Source: Trichinella spiralis (Eukaryota). Taken from it: a stretch of 64,000 bases of DNA. The notes below the pieces were generated by a model. The model did no database searches, was not told the DNA's origin, and saw only the letters and a program-made list of their open reading frames with translations. This document shows, in pieces, positions 42,348-55,453 of this stretch (position 1 is the first letter of the stretch; the number at the start of each line of letters is the position of its first letter). Position numbers and translations under genes: made by a program. The stretch spans positions 553,351-617,350 of the forward strand of contig NW_003526946.1 in the NCBI RefSeq assembly GCF_000181795.1, written 5' to 3'.

Positions 42348-45132
42348 TTCAACAAAAAACCAAATATTCGACAATAAAACAGCAAAAACTAATAAAGAAA
42401 TACAGTAATCAGAGTACAGTAAACTATAAATTAAATTAAGTAATACTCAATTTTGTGCAGTTCTGTGTTGCTTATAAAATTATTTAATATGCACACTTAA
42501 TTTTTTTATTAAAGCATAACGCCGGAAAATGATGAATGATAAAATCAAAATTCCTCAAACTGTAAGAATTGCAACAAATTTTGTGTATACAGTATTCCAA
42601 TATAGTATCCATAAGTTACAGTTTTACTTTAAAAGCAGTGTAATAAATAGACAAAGTGCAGTTTAAAATTGTTTGTATTATCGATTATTTCAACTAAAAA
42701 TTACATGCAGTGAGAAATGAAATACTTATTTCATTTAAATTTACTAGTGCTACAATTTTGTGTACAATAGATATAAAAGATGGTGACGCTCAATTGAAGG
42801 ATTATTATTCTGCTTTGTGTCATGGTCGATCGCGGGCGCCACCCTACTTTGCAGTGAATAAAAGCGTGTCTAGTAATTGCTGTACATTTGACTGAAAATA
42901 AATTCCGTTCGACAGAACAGGGTGTAGCACTTTATTATTTTAATTTTCAGTTTAATGTTGCAAAATGCAATATAAAATTTGGAAATTTTTATTTGAGCTT
43001 GAAGCGTCGAATATTGTCAAGTTTCAAAAAGTACAATCAAAATTGCATTCAATTTGCAATTTTTATTTAGTTTAGATTGAATCATTTTTCATTTGATGTA
43101 TATTCACTACTAAATGTTTTAATTAAAATTCATTATTAAAATTTCCAGTAGTAACGCTTTCTCGAAAAGTATTCTTCATAATGCTTCTTTTCGTTGTTTG
43201 TCAACAGAGTGATTTTATATGAGATGAAGAGCAATTTAATATTGCAATTTTAAAATAATTTAATCCTATTTTTAATTGAAATGTGTTCATTTTTTCTTCA
43301 AAGCTTTTTGCATTCATAAGAAAATAACTTGAACTTGAATTTTATAAAAAATATCTTTAGGATACTGTAAAAGCAGTCAGTTGTTGAAAATTTGCTTTCA
43401 AAATTTTACAGCAGAAGATTTATAAAGTTTCAGGTGCGTAATATATTTTGAAAGCAAATGTAACGCATTGCATATCGAAATTTTGATAAATGATGGTCGC
43501 ACTTGTTTCAGTTTTATATGTCAGCATTCCATTTGTATAATCATATTCGATTATGATTTTTTACTTTTTCTGACGTGCTTAGTGTTTTAAATAAAATTAT
43601 ACAAATATTTAAAAGATGTAGTTATTTAAGTTAATTTTTTGGGGACGTTTGAACATGTTCAAGAAGTATATTGAAAATTATCCTCGTAGAATTGATGTTT
43701 TACATTCGATTGTGTTGAATAGCATCATTTGCATCACTTTCAGTTCATAGCATGCAGAAAGTCTTTAAATTTTATTTTTCATTGTTTTTATAGAAAGTTT
43801 AATTTGCTATAATAAGTTGACGTTTAAAATGGTATAAAGTTTCGAAAAATATATCTCAAGTTGAAATCAAAATTTATGTGCACATTTATAATAGTACATC
43901 TATTTTGGTATGTTTGGCACATTTCTCTGTGTTTCATGCTGTTTTCAATGTGCCACGTTTTCATACCCTTTTTACTTTTTCATTGGAATTTTGAGTTGTG
44001 AGTAATAAATGTCTGGTATATTGTATTTTATAAAAATAAACAAGTTTTTAAACGACGATACGGATGGCTAAATGTCTTCTGATTTGTGTTACAGATAATC
44101 AGTTTTCTTACTGGTGAACAGTTTCGATTCCTGTTTTGTTATTTGAATAATTTTCATTTAATTCAAACTTATTATTTTAATTAGTGTTACGTGTAGCGCA
44201 TGAAATTGTCATTTCCTTCGGAGAATGCTAATTTAACAAAAATTTGTTAGTTTTGCTTTTTGGTCGAAATTGATATTTAAGCTGTGGATTGGTCTGCTTC
44301 TAGAATGATCTTGAGATTGATTTTTTTTTCAATTGTTACAATTTTCTCCGCATGTGGCTTGCCAAATAAATTAGATTCTCTTGCTGTTTTTATTATTTTA
44401 TTTTTTAAATTCATTCCTTCACAAAGTCTGGCAGTCGAGCTGTGTGTGGTTAGTGGTGTTGGATTGCGGCCGCTGTCAGTTGCTCGTTATTGCTGACCTT
44501 GCAATGCCATTGGTTGCTTGTTGTCATTTGCCATTTCTCTGTTATGGAAAACTAGATCGATGAAGTAGTATGCTTTGTGTGTGCGTGTATGTGCGCGCGC
44601 ATGTCTGTGTATGTATATATATATATATATATGGTATGATTCATAGGTTTTTTGTGAACATTTATTGCGTTGTATTGGACAATGATTCGATTTTCAATCA
44701 GCAGCTTTTTTATATTGCCTTTTTTTTAATTTCATCCATGGAATAAGTTGTACGTCGATAACGAACGTCGGACGCTAAATTAGTTCGCAGTTGTTGCCGA
44801 AAGTGAAGTTCGACAAACGCGCATTCTTTTTATTGTTTCTGGTTTTTCTAGCTTCTGTTTGCTAGTTAGCCGTTTCAGATGATGATATTTCTACACTTTC
44901 TCAGCTGGACAACGTTTGTTGATTAATTTCTAAACAGGGGCTGTTTTGTTTGTTTGTTTGTTTGTTTTTCAGCTTATTAATTATATTTTTGAAATTGTTT
45001 TTTTTTTCAAACTTTTTCACATGTTATCATTTGGATAAAATGAATTTTATTTTTTATTTATTTATTATTATATATGTTAAATATTAAAATGATTTAATGT
45101 AATTTCAGACGGTTTAGACGAAAAGTTTCAAC

Positions 45133-48100
45133 ATGCCTGGAAAGCAGAAAAATTCACACGAAAAGCCTTCTTCACCAGTGTCTTCTCCGTGTAAATCTCC
45201 CGAGCGACAGCAATTCAACGTCGATGATCCTGATTATATACGCGACTTGCAAAGACCGGCAGTGATAAAAGTGATATTTTTTTATTTCTATTTTTGAGAT
45301 TTAGGCATTTTTGTACGATTGGGCATTTTTAGGAAGATTTGAACGAAATGGAACGCCGGAAGCGGGTTCGTCAAATTTTGGAATCCAAAGCTTTCCGCGA
45401 AGAGCTGGAACAGCTTATACAAACCGAACGGAATCAAGAAAACAGCGAAGATCGCCTGAAAACTTTGGAACGTTTGTCCGAGTTGATTCTACCACAAACC
45501 TATCTGAAACATCCATCACTGTATACATTAAGTAGGGATTTTTTTTTCACTTATACAATTTATAATTATATATTGACTGTTATAATTATTGAACACATTT
45601 TAGTGTTAGTATTGGAAAAGGTTTATATAATTTTCAATTTGTTCCAACATCATCCCTGTTTTTAATGATCAGTTTTCCTTTTATTGTGTCACTTTTATTA
45701 GTGTCTACCAGCATGATTAAAGGGTGATTAATCAATTGAAGTAACGCATTGAACGTTATCTTGTTTAAAATCAAGATTCCATTTCGCCATGAAATTGATT
45801 TATTTGAAACTTAAAAAAAAAATAAAATAAAATAAAACATGCATAAGCATACAGTTTTTGAATAAATATGTTAAAATGAAGTGGAATATTGAAAATAATT
45901 TCATCGTTGTTGTAATGTGACTTTTATTATAGAATCACAATTTGTTTTACCCATTGCCGATTTACGTGGCTCTGAAGCGACAAAATATTCCAAGCAAGAG
46001 CGCATCTTGAGAAACAAGTTGGCTTGTTTGTACCGATTGATTGATCTCTTCCAATGGAACGAGGGCATTTACAATCACATCAGCGTGAGTGAAACAAAAC
46101 GAAAAAATAAACATCTTTATTATTATTGTTTACTTTAAATATTTATTTGAATTTAAAAAAAAATTAAACAGGTGCGATTGGCTAACGAAACCGACGCAAT
46201 GTTGATCAATCCTCTCGGCTTGTTTTACCACGAAATCACGGCAAGCTCTTTGGTGAAGATCAACATGACCGGACGAATTGTAGATCCTGGAACAACAGGA
46301 CTTGGCGTCAATGAAGCCGGCTATGTGCTTCATTCGGCCATTTACCAAGCTAGACCGGATATTCGATGCGTCATTCATTTGCACACGCCGGCCTGCGCTG
46401 CGGTGAGCAATTTTTGCTGTATTATATATATATATGTATATTCACATATTCTTGCTAGTCTGGTGGTGGTGATGATGCTTTTAATGCGCATTAATTAGTT
46501 CGATGCAGTTTGCTGAAAATTCGAACAAAGCAAGCTACACAGAGCAAAACCCTATAAGCCATTATTAACTATACCAGCTAACAATAAATGATTGACAAAA
46601 TAACGTTTCAGTTAATTAGTTAATCTTATGAATAATTAATTACTGTTTTTCTGTTGTTTGAATTAAAGTTTTAAATTTGGAATATCTGATTAGTTGGTGT
46701 TTTTCCAACTAACACTGCTTAGCTTTGGACCGCGCGAACAAGGGTGGGAAAAACTGGTCTCAACGCGAAGTGTTTATTATTGATTTTCCGGCTAGTGTCA
46801 TTTTGCAGTGGGAATTCTGTTTATCGATCTTCTTATTGCATGAGAACTCGTTGTTGTTGTTGTTTACTTTGCTTTTACTAGAAATTATGCTTTCTTATAT
46901 TAATGTTTTATAGCTGTTTTTTTAAATACACATATATTTTATAATCTGATAAGAAGCGTTTGATATAAAGAAGAATGATTGATCTATTATGAAATTTGTT
47001 TTTTATTGAAAAAAATCTTCTGCAAGTGTGCTTTTAATGCTGATAATAAAAACAGTAAACTTTGCATGTGTTGATGACAGTCATCATCATCATTATCTGG
47101 TTATTAATATTTTATTTTGTCAATTTTCCCACAAGTTTATTATTTAACACATATATGTATATATAGTGATAAGTTTGTCGTTTGTTTTTAACTTAAAAGC
47201 GCATGATAATAAGTAATTTTAATAATAAGAATAAAATTTATTTAATGCTTTTCAATTTTGGCCAAGTTATTTCTTTTTTCACTGTTAATAATGCATGCTT
47301 TAACGGATTTATTGGAATAGTTGATCATTTTTATTTGCTTCTTCGATTGCAAAACTTTGACGATATGTTGTGCTGCTTGCTGGTTATACAGTTTGGAATT
47401 TGGACATACTAAGATGTAAATTGTTCAACCTCTTCTGTTTATTATATTATATTATATTATATTTGTATATAATTTGATGAGCATGTTATCAGAAGGATTG
47501 TGGTTGTCATTTTGGAAGAAAAAAAGAAAATTTTAATGTATAAAAGAAATTATTTTTTAAAAAATAATTTATTTTATTTCCTATTAGACCCCTGAAATGA
47601 TTTACAGTTGTGCGAAATTTCAATTATGGAAAAATGAAAAGTTTTGATTTTATGAAGCGTTGAAGAATTTTTGTTCTTCTGTTTCAGGTCGCTGCAATGA
47701 AATGTGGCTTACTTCCGATAAGCCAAGAAGCGATGATTATTGGCAATGTCAGTTACCATGATTACAATGGTATTGTTGTTGAAGACAGCGAACGTTCTAC
47801 AATTTCTTGTGATTTGGGTGCGAACAAGGTATAGAATAAAATTAAAATGTAGAACAAAAAAAATATATTTAAGGAAAACAGCCTTTTATTGAAAGATACT
47901 TGAGACAGTTGACGTAAATGACTGATGTTATATATTATTCGTAATTACTTTTTTTATTACACTTTTTTGAAAATACTATTCAATGGTGTGTGTATTGATT
48001 TGATTTTAGAGAGCAAAGTTGTAATTGTTGTATTCATTGTAGTGGATGTTTCACAGTATTCACATAATTTGAGATAAATCTGCGATTTGATTATTGAATC

Positions 48101-51100
48101 TAATTCAGCAGGATAAAAAAGTGATCAAACAAAGTTCAGTGATGATGAATTTTTTTCAAAAACTGAGTAACTATGAATGAATTTTAATTGGAAAAGCTGC
48201 GTTTTTCAAGTGGATAAATTCAGTTGTATTCATTTTAAATTGCAATGAAATTTTTTTCCTCTTTACTGTATTTTGCATTGTTTATTGATGTAAAATGAAA
48301 GTTTTGTATACTTTTATTGTTTTGTTATTATTTTTCAGGTTATGTTTCTTCGCAATCACGGTTTTGTGGCTTGCGGTACGACCGTAGCCGAAGCTTTCCA
48401 CCTTGTTTATAATCTTGTTCTCGCCTGTGATATTCAGGTGAATATTTTTTGTTTTTCTTTTAAATTTAAATTTTAAATCGTTTAAATTTTTCAGGTGCGT
48501 GCCGTTCGTGTTGGGGTTGATAATTTGATTTTTGCAAGCGAAGACGCGCAGCAGAAAGTTGCCGACTTGACCAAAGCCGGCGGTGGTGGTGTGAACAAGC
48601 AATCCGAAAGCCAAACCAAGATCAATTGGAAAATTGGCGAACTGGAATTCGAAGCTTGGATGCGCGTTTTGGACAATGCGGTATGTATGAAAATTTTGAA
48701 ATGTTGTAGAAATGCCATTTTCCAAAAATTTGCATTTTCAAAAAATCACACATTTGTTTGTCTGTTTGTGTTCAGGGATTTCGCACTGGACACATTTATC
48801 GGCATCCAATTTCAAGCAGCCGTCCGCCTCAGCAACATTCCGACATTATGACACCGCCCGCGGCCAGTTCACGTGGTCTGCTGGACGAAACTGAATCTGC
48901 TGCAATGTAATAATGGAACAGTTGTATTACTTATTGTATTGCATTATATTATATATGTATATGTGCATCGAGTGACATTTTTCAGGGAAGGTCGGATGTT
49001 GCAGGGACGGTCGGATGGTAATGTTTGGCTGAATTCGCCAAACATTTATACCAGGAAAGAGTTGAAGGAGACCGGAACGCAAGAGCCGAAAACATACACT
49101 AAAGTTAGTTAGTGTTTATTGAAAAAAAAATTAAATATTTTTTTTTGTTTATTAATTGTAATTTGTATTAGTGGGTGCAAGAGATGAATACGTCGAGCTC
49201 GAATCCAGTGAAAATTTCTTCGCCACATCAATTTGCTCCAATTTCGTCAAATTCAAAAGAGTTTAAAGAAAAGCGTGATATGGTATGTTTTCTGTTCGCT
49301 TGAAAAGCAATTGTTTGTTTGTTTGTTTGTTTAACTACAGCTGAAAGAGGCTCGTCGTGTGGATACTGTTTCCGCAGGTCCTCAGTCGAAAGTTTTGGAG
49401 CCAGTTACTTGGCAAGAGATTGACAAGCTGAAAGTATGTGTGCAAGCAGCAAGCAGTTTTCCATTTGTGATTGTTGAAAAGAAATATGATATGCTAATTT
49501 CTTACCTGCCACTTTTTCAGGAAGCCGAATTGAACGCTGTGGAAGAGAAGGTGATCATCGGTGCCGCAAGCAAGGGCATCATTGAGAGGGATTTTCGTCA
49601 CAATGCACAAATTTACCAACAACTCTACCAGCCGAATCCATTCGCTAGCGAAACCGACGAAGACATCAAAGCCTACTTGAAGGAAGTGGAAAAGAAGCGA
49701 GGTTGAATTATTTGTTTGTTTGTTTGTTTGTTTGTTTACTTCATTCATGTGTTTATTATGCATTCAGAATTTTATGATGATCACCATGCTGTAGAACAAC
49801 CGGACGCGAGTCCTTCTCCAGGTAGTATATTGGCAGTGATTTCTTTTAACCATTGCTGTATGTTTTTTAATTTTCTGTTGTTATGCTTGTAGAATCAGTT
49901 TCGCTCATGTTAGCTGCACGTGATCACCATGCGCAGCCCTACTGCGACGAGACACCAACGAGTACAGGTTTGTTGTGTTTGTTGGAGAATATTTGCTTTC
50001 AACCTTCCTTTGCATGTATGTTTGGTTGATTGGTTGCATATGTTTGGTGCATGTGGATTTTTATTATTATACAGTAATGCAATTATTATAGCTTGTTTGT
50101 TTGTTGTTATGTAGTTATTATGTTGATCATCGTTTTTTTGTTGTTTTCCGCGTGTATAACAGGAAGAGGTCGTGTAACGACGTTTGATGCTTCGTCAGAT
50201 CGGACCACTACTTCTACTGCGAACGTTTTCGCTTATCCAAAATTGATTAGTGATGTCTGTGAGTATTGTGCCTAATTTTATTCAAGTGATATGATTTCTA
50301 TCTTTTTTTTCCCAACAAAATCCCATCGACCATTGGGCATTTTATTTTTTAATTTTCAAAACTTTATGCATAGGTAATTTAATAATTTATTTTTGTCTTA
50401 TTCATCCAGTAGATAGTGGAATAATAAGCAAAAGTTGTCATTAATTTTACAAAAGGGTCAAATAATGATAATAATAATTTTTTTAATTCTCATCTGCATC
50501 ATTTTCTTTTAAAAAAAGTTGTTTGTCGATTTTAAAGCATTTTTTCAGTTCTAAACGAAATGTTAAGGTTAAACAGAAAAGATGAGTTGTGTTTTACATG
50601 CTGATGTGATGAATAAATTGTACTCTATTGTATCAGTTGAAGCACAATCAGTGATTTTGCAACCAAGCATTCCAGCTACGTTTGTGTTTACAGGACCACC
50701 CCGAAATATGTGTATATATATATATACGCGTGTCGATTGTTGTGCATCAAGTGGATGATTTTGCTTAATTTTTTGTGGAATTCATTGAATGCATCCTTTA
50801 AAAGAAAAATACATATATAAATTAAGAAATATCTATATCTATATATATATATATATATCATTACATTGCCAATCAAATTTATATGCATAATCAATCATCA
50901 TACAAACACAGCATGCCTTTTACAAATTTGTGTGCATACATGTGTATGTGTGTGTGTGTGTGTTTGACTATTTTTATTTCCGCATTTTAACTGCTATACT
51001 TTGTACTGTGTTGTGCATTGTTTTGCCGTTAAAATGTGCAGTTGTTGTTGTCTGGCGATTTTATTTATTTTGTTGTTTTGCTTGTTTTGTTGCTAGTAGG

Positions 51101-52608
51101 TGTATTGCTCACTGGCTGATAAAAAATTGATGCTGCTAATTTTTCTATATATATATATATATCTTCATTTTCAAAATGCATAAATTCTATAGTGATCTGT
51201 ATTAGGCACGTGCATTGCTTTGTTGATCATTTTTGATTCATATTCTGTCATCATACTCGAAATAAACAACATTTCCGTATGAATTTAACGTTGGTAGTTT
51301 TGATGTTTGAAACTGAAAATTTTTCTTTTTTTGGGACCAATCTTTGCTTTGCGAAGAGCTTTGTGACTTTTTTGTTACGAGGAAATGGAGCATTTAGCAA
51401 AAAATTTGAAATATACAAGCTGTTTTATAAATTGTGAATAATAATAATTATTATTATTATCCCAATTGAATTTGGTTAAAAGCAACACCAAATGACAATT
51501 TTTTTTTAATAGAGCAATGCAGTTGTGGGAAATAGCAACTTATTATTTTGTTCTTGTTTTATTTTGTTTTTATCGTGCTTTTTTTGGTATGTGCAATTTA
51601 TTTATTTATTTTTTGCATTACGGTTGTTTGTTTTTAAAACTTTTAGTAGATAATGCACATTTTCAACAGCATTTCAGTGTTAATTAATGCTTTGTGTGTT
51701 TTTGATGTTCATGTATATAATGTGAATGACGTTTTGATTGTTTGCATCCAGCTGCTTCAACTGGGAATTGGTTGTTTCATCGCTCGAAATCTGATCGTTT
51801 TCACCGTTCAATTCTGAGTAAGTGATCATATATTGAGTTTAATTATTTATGAAGATTTTTAAAAAATGGCAACAAACATTCATAACAACAATACATACTT
51901 ACATATGAGCTGATGAAAGAACTATCTGTATAAATAGCCATAATTGAATTGCATTATATCTGGCCATAGTTTATAAATTTTACATTGCTTATAGCAGTGT
52001 TGTAATGAAAGTTCAGATAACTCTGTTATATTGGTTCTCTGTTTTTTCTTAATTAATTGATTTATCACTACTGAACATGTATGAATCCGGTCGTTTTCAT
52101 AATTTATTCGAAATCATTTTTTGTAGCCTGTGTTGTTTCCTTGTTAATGCCAATTTGTTAGTGATATTGCTTCATTAGATTTGTATTATGAATTGTTGTT
52201 TGCTAATATGTATGTATGTATGTATGTATGTATGTGTTTGTATATATGAATGGATGGATGTGTGTGTTTATATTGTTAATTTGTGTATATATTTTTCAAT
52301 TGATTACAATTTTCAGGTGATCATAATACTACAACTGAAGAGAAGGCATTTTCAGAAGATGAATCACGCGTAATTATTTATTTTTTTAATTTTTTATTAA
52401 TTCAATTTCCAATACATATACATATATATATAATTAAATTATAATGAATATTAAGTTGAAATGATTGGAATAATAATCAATGTTTCGTTTGTAGTCGAGT
52501 GGAAAGAAGGACAAAAAAAAGAAAAAGTTCAAGCCGGCTTCGTTTTTCAGTCGTGGAAAGAAAGAGAAAAAGAAATCTCCGGGACCTTCGAGTGACATTA
52601 GCGAATGA
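45133..52608 (+). CDS. add-1: Adducin (hts/add-1-like), multi-exon
   Basis: DDPDYIRDLQRPAVIKEDL, RNKLACLYRLIDLFQWNEGIYNHIS, LHSAIYQARPDIRCVIHLHTP, WKIGELEFEAWMRVLDNAG; MARCKS-like end KKKKKFKPASFF. Confidence 0.93.
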
Positions 52609-53984
52609 AGAAGATTATAACGAACAAAAAAATTTGATTTGTTGAAAAAAATTTCACATGAATATATTCAGTGTGGAACGATTGATTTTTTTGATTTCTC
52701 AGTTTAGAATTAATTTATTTGCTTTTATTATTTTTAATTATTTATTTCCTGTTTACAACATTTGGACCCTGATGAAAAGCACTGTTTTTAATTTTCCTTT
52801 CTGATGTAAAACGCCAGCCAAAAGAAACTTGGAACATTTTTAGGTGATTGGCGCTAAAGACTGCCGTTTTGTGTGCCGTTTTTGTCAGAAAATGTTTTTT
52901 TGTCTTAGCTAATTTTTATGTAAAAATTTATATTTGATGTGAATTTACAAAAAATTACAGTTTAATAATTTGCGCTTGAAATTTTTAGTTATGCAATTTT
53001 TGTGATAGTTTCTGCTCTCTGTATTCACTATCATATATATCTTCCACTATGGTAGTTGTATGCGTTTAAAAAATTGTTCATCAAACGCTTCCTTATACGT
53101 GTGGCTATGAAATTGTTTTCTTCTTGAAATGATTATTTTATTTGCATTTCAACTGTGAAACGGAAGGCGAATTTTTTTTATTATCAATTAAATTTATTTG
53201 CTTAAATTGTTTTGAAAAAACAATAATGATACAAATAATCTTGCTAAATAAGCTTATGCTGAGGTAAAATTTGGAGAAATATTAGCGTAAAACTAATTCG
53301 CAGTGTTGTTTTGTACGGAAAATATTAGTTCGTTTTAGAAATGACCTAATGTAGGTAGGATGTTGTAAATCGAATTCTTTGGACAGTCGGTAGTAATGCC
53401 ATCATATTATAAAAATCAAAAAAATGTATATATAAACAGTTTTCAAGCATGAGTGCTAGGTTGTGTGATAAAGTTTGGTTATTTTTGTCATTGATTTCAT
53501 CGCACAAGGGTAGCTGTCATAAAAGTTCGAATGGTCTTTCTTAATCGTGAGTACTACCCGTTTTTTGTGTTAACAAATATTTTGTATAAAATCAAATGAA
53601 TTTTTAAACTTTTATTACTTTTTTATTAACATTTTTTAAAATTAATTTTAAACACATATTTTTAAGTAAAAGCATAAAGGAACTTAATTGTTATTTATCT
53701 ACTGTAGCCAACACATCGAATGATAATCAGTTCATCATCTCATTGTTTGTATCATGTGGGGATGTATTGTTTCGTATGTACGTACAATATTCGTACGTAA
53801 CATGTTGAATTTCAATGATCATATATTTTACAAAATAGCAGATTTATCAACGTTAGTTTTTGCTGTATTTGAATGATGAAAATTGTAAGATTGTTCATTT
53901 TAGGTTGTGAGCTGTGTTTTTCAAGCTTCAGCAGAATTTATTGGTATGAAATTATTAAAAATTTTTGCGATTAATTGAAATTAA

Positions 53985-54049
53985 TTTTATGATGATATTA
54001 TTTTGGTCCGTGTTTCCGATTCACTTATGACGATCCAACTTCTGATGAT
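53985..54049 (+). ncRNA. SNORD18: Box C/D snoRNA, U18/SNORD18/snR18-like (28S rRNA 2'-O-methylation guide)
   Basis: Box C ATGATGA 53989-53995; guide TTGGTCCGTGTTT 54003-54015, antisense to conserved LSU AAACACGGACCAA; D' CCGA 54016-54019; C' ATGACGA 54027-54033; D CTGA 54042-54045, 74 nt from the 3' splice site. Confidence 0.88.
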
Positions 54050-54216
54050 TTTATTTATTCTTCTACAATCTTGTTAATAATAATTGAACCGATTATAAAA
54101 TGGCTTGTTTTTATTTCAGGTAGTGGAAGCGGATAATCTTATTTTAATGGACGATCTTTGAATATTGCAGGTAAAATGATCATTCTTATGAAGCTGTTTT
54201 GTTTTCGCATTATGAA

Positions 54217-54281
54217 GTTTATGATGAATCTGTTTTGGTCTTTGTTTCTGATTTAATTATGACGATTCTATATGTGATGGT
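54217..54281 (+). ncRNA. Diverged paralog of the U18-like snoRNA (possibly pseudogenised or retargeted)
   Basis: Same spacing as the first copy: C ATGATGA 54221, guide TTGGTCTTTGTTT, D' CTGA 54248, C' ATGACGA 54259, D GTGA 54274-54277, 69 nt from the 3' splice site. Confidence 0.7.
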
Positions 54282-55117
54282 TTCATTCGTATTTTATTTA
54301 GTTTTAATAATGAAAACGATTTTAAAAAGTATTATTTATGTTTTAGGTAATAAAAATTCGTTGTTCTGTTTGACTCGTCACTGCGTAAACAGGTAAAGTT
54401 GTTTGTTCATGGCTGTTTTCTTTTCTAGTCTATCTTGAAGTGCATTATTTTGAATTCACTACGGTGGTCCTATTTTTTATACCTTTATGATGATGATTTT
54501 TGTAATTCTATTTTGTGAAATTTATTTCTGTAATTATTGTTTTATAGGTAATGGAGAGATTCTGAAGTGAATCCAAGTTCAAATGGCGAACCCAGTGAAA
54601 TTTGTATTTCTCTTATCTGAATTTCAGAATTTTATTTAATTTATATCGCCTATTTCATTTACTCAGAATCATTGTAGTTCTTTGATAACTTTAAAGGTTG
54701 TTGAAAGGTTTTTTACGTCTTGTTTAAGTTTATTGTATATTTCTTCTCACGCTCCACGTCTCCAGAAGACGAGTCATTGGTATATGTTGAATACCACAGG
54801 AAAAAATACAGAATATTTCAGAAAAGTTCATTTATCTGAAAAAGTAAACTTTTCATGCATGCTGTTTTTATTTTAAACGTAACTCAATTTTGACAATTCA
54901 GAATACTGAAATAACATATTCTCTTAATGTATAAATTGTCGGTGCATTGTTAAACAATAAATATTTCGTTATTACTGTTATTTATGCGAAATGTGATTGA
55001 ATTGTCCGTCAATTTCTCAAAGTTTCCATCTTTACAAATGTTCAAATATTAGTCAACTGTACACTAAGTCACAAGAAAAATATGTTTCATATAAAGTTAA
55101 AAGTACAACAATAAAAA

Positions 55118-55453
55118 TTAACTTTCAAGCCTTTGATCAGATTGAAGTTCTTCTGGCGTGCCAATGATCGCTGCTGCAATGACGGAACTTCCAGTAATTG
55201 CAACCAGCGTAAACACATGGAAATATATTCTGTAACGCATCATTTTATTCGATGCATTTCGATCACCACGCATAAATGCAGCGAGTCCTTTTCCCAATGC
55301 CACCCACATTCCTATTATTCCAACAGGAATAAGTGGATTCATTTTGGTAATCTGTTGTACCCGTTCTCTAGTTCGCAAATAAGGATCTGAAGCATCTGCC
55401 CTTTTTACTGTTGCCAAATCTTTTTTTACCCATCGTAAATTTGAATCGTCCAT
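55118..55453 (-). CDS. HIG1 domain family protein (HIGD/Rcf1-like)
   Basis: NPLIPVGIIG...GLAAFMRGDRNASNKMMRYRIYFHVFTLVAI two-helix HIG1 pattern; first ATG at 55453. Confidence 0.85.
   Translation of the reverse strand: MDDSNLRWVKKDLATVKRADASDPYLRTRERVQQITKMNPLIPVGIIGMWVALGKGLAAFMRGDRNASNKMMRYRIYFHVFTLVAITGSSVIAAAIIGTPEELQSDQRLES

Larger units (their letters stand above)
53904..54961 (+). ncRNA. Spliced non-coding snoRNA host transcript (GAS5/Uhg-like); 5' end not defined
   Basis: Short exons 53904-53943, 54120-54170, 54347-54392 and 54548 onward, each bounded by T-rich ..AG acceptors and GTA donors. Exon 54120-54170 has stops in all three frames. AATAAA at ~54956. Confidence 0.65.

Noticed and set aside
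36000..44000. Y RNA or sbRNA gene next to Ro60
   Set aside because: No GGTCCGA...TTGACC-type stem with a bulged C and T-run terminator was found by eye on either strand. The bulged hairpin at ~37285-37318 lacks the motif. A covariance-model search would be needed to exclude it fully.
54030..54041. Second (box D) guide GATCCAAC in the U18-like snoRNA
   Set aside because: It overlaps box C', leaving only 8 nt before box D, and it is not conserved in the paralog.
54393..54547. Third snoRNA in the next host intron (and one in 53770-53903)
   Set aside because: ATGATGA-like words occur but not in a proper C...D order and spacing, and no rRNA complement was recognised.
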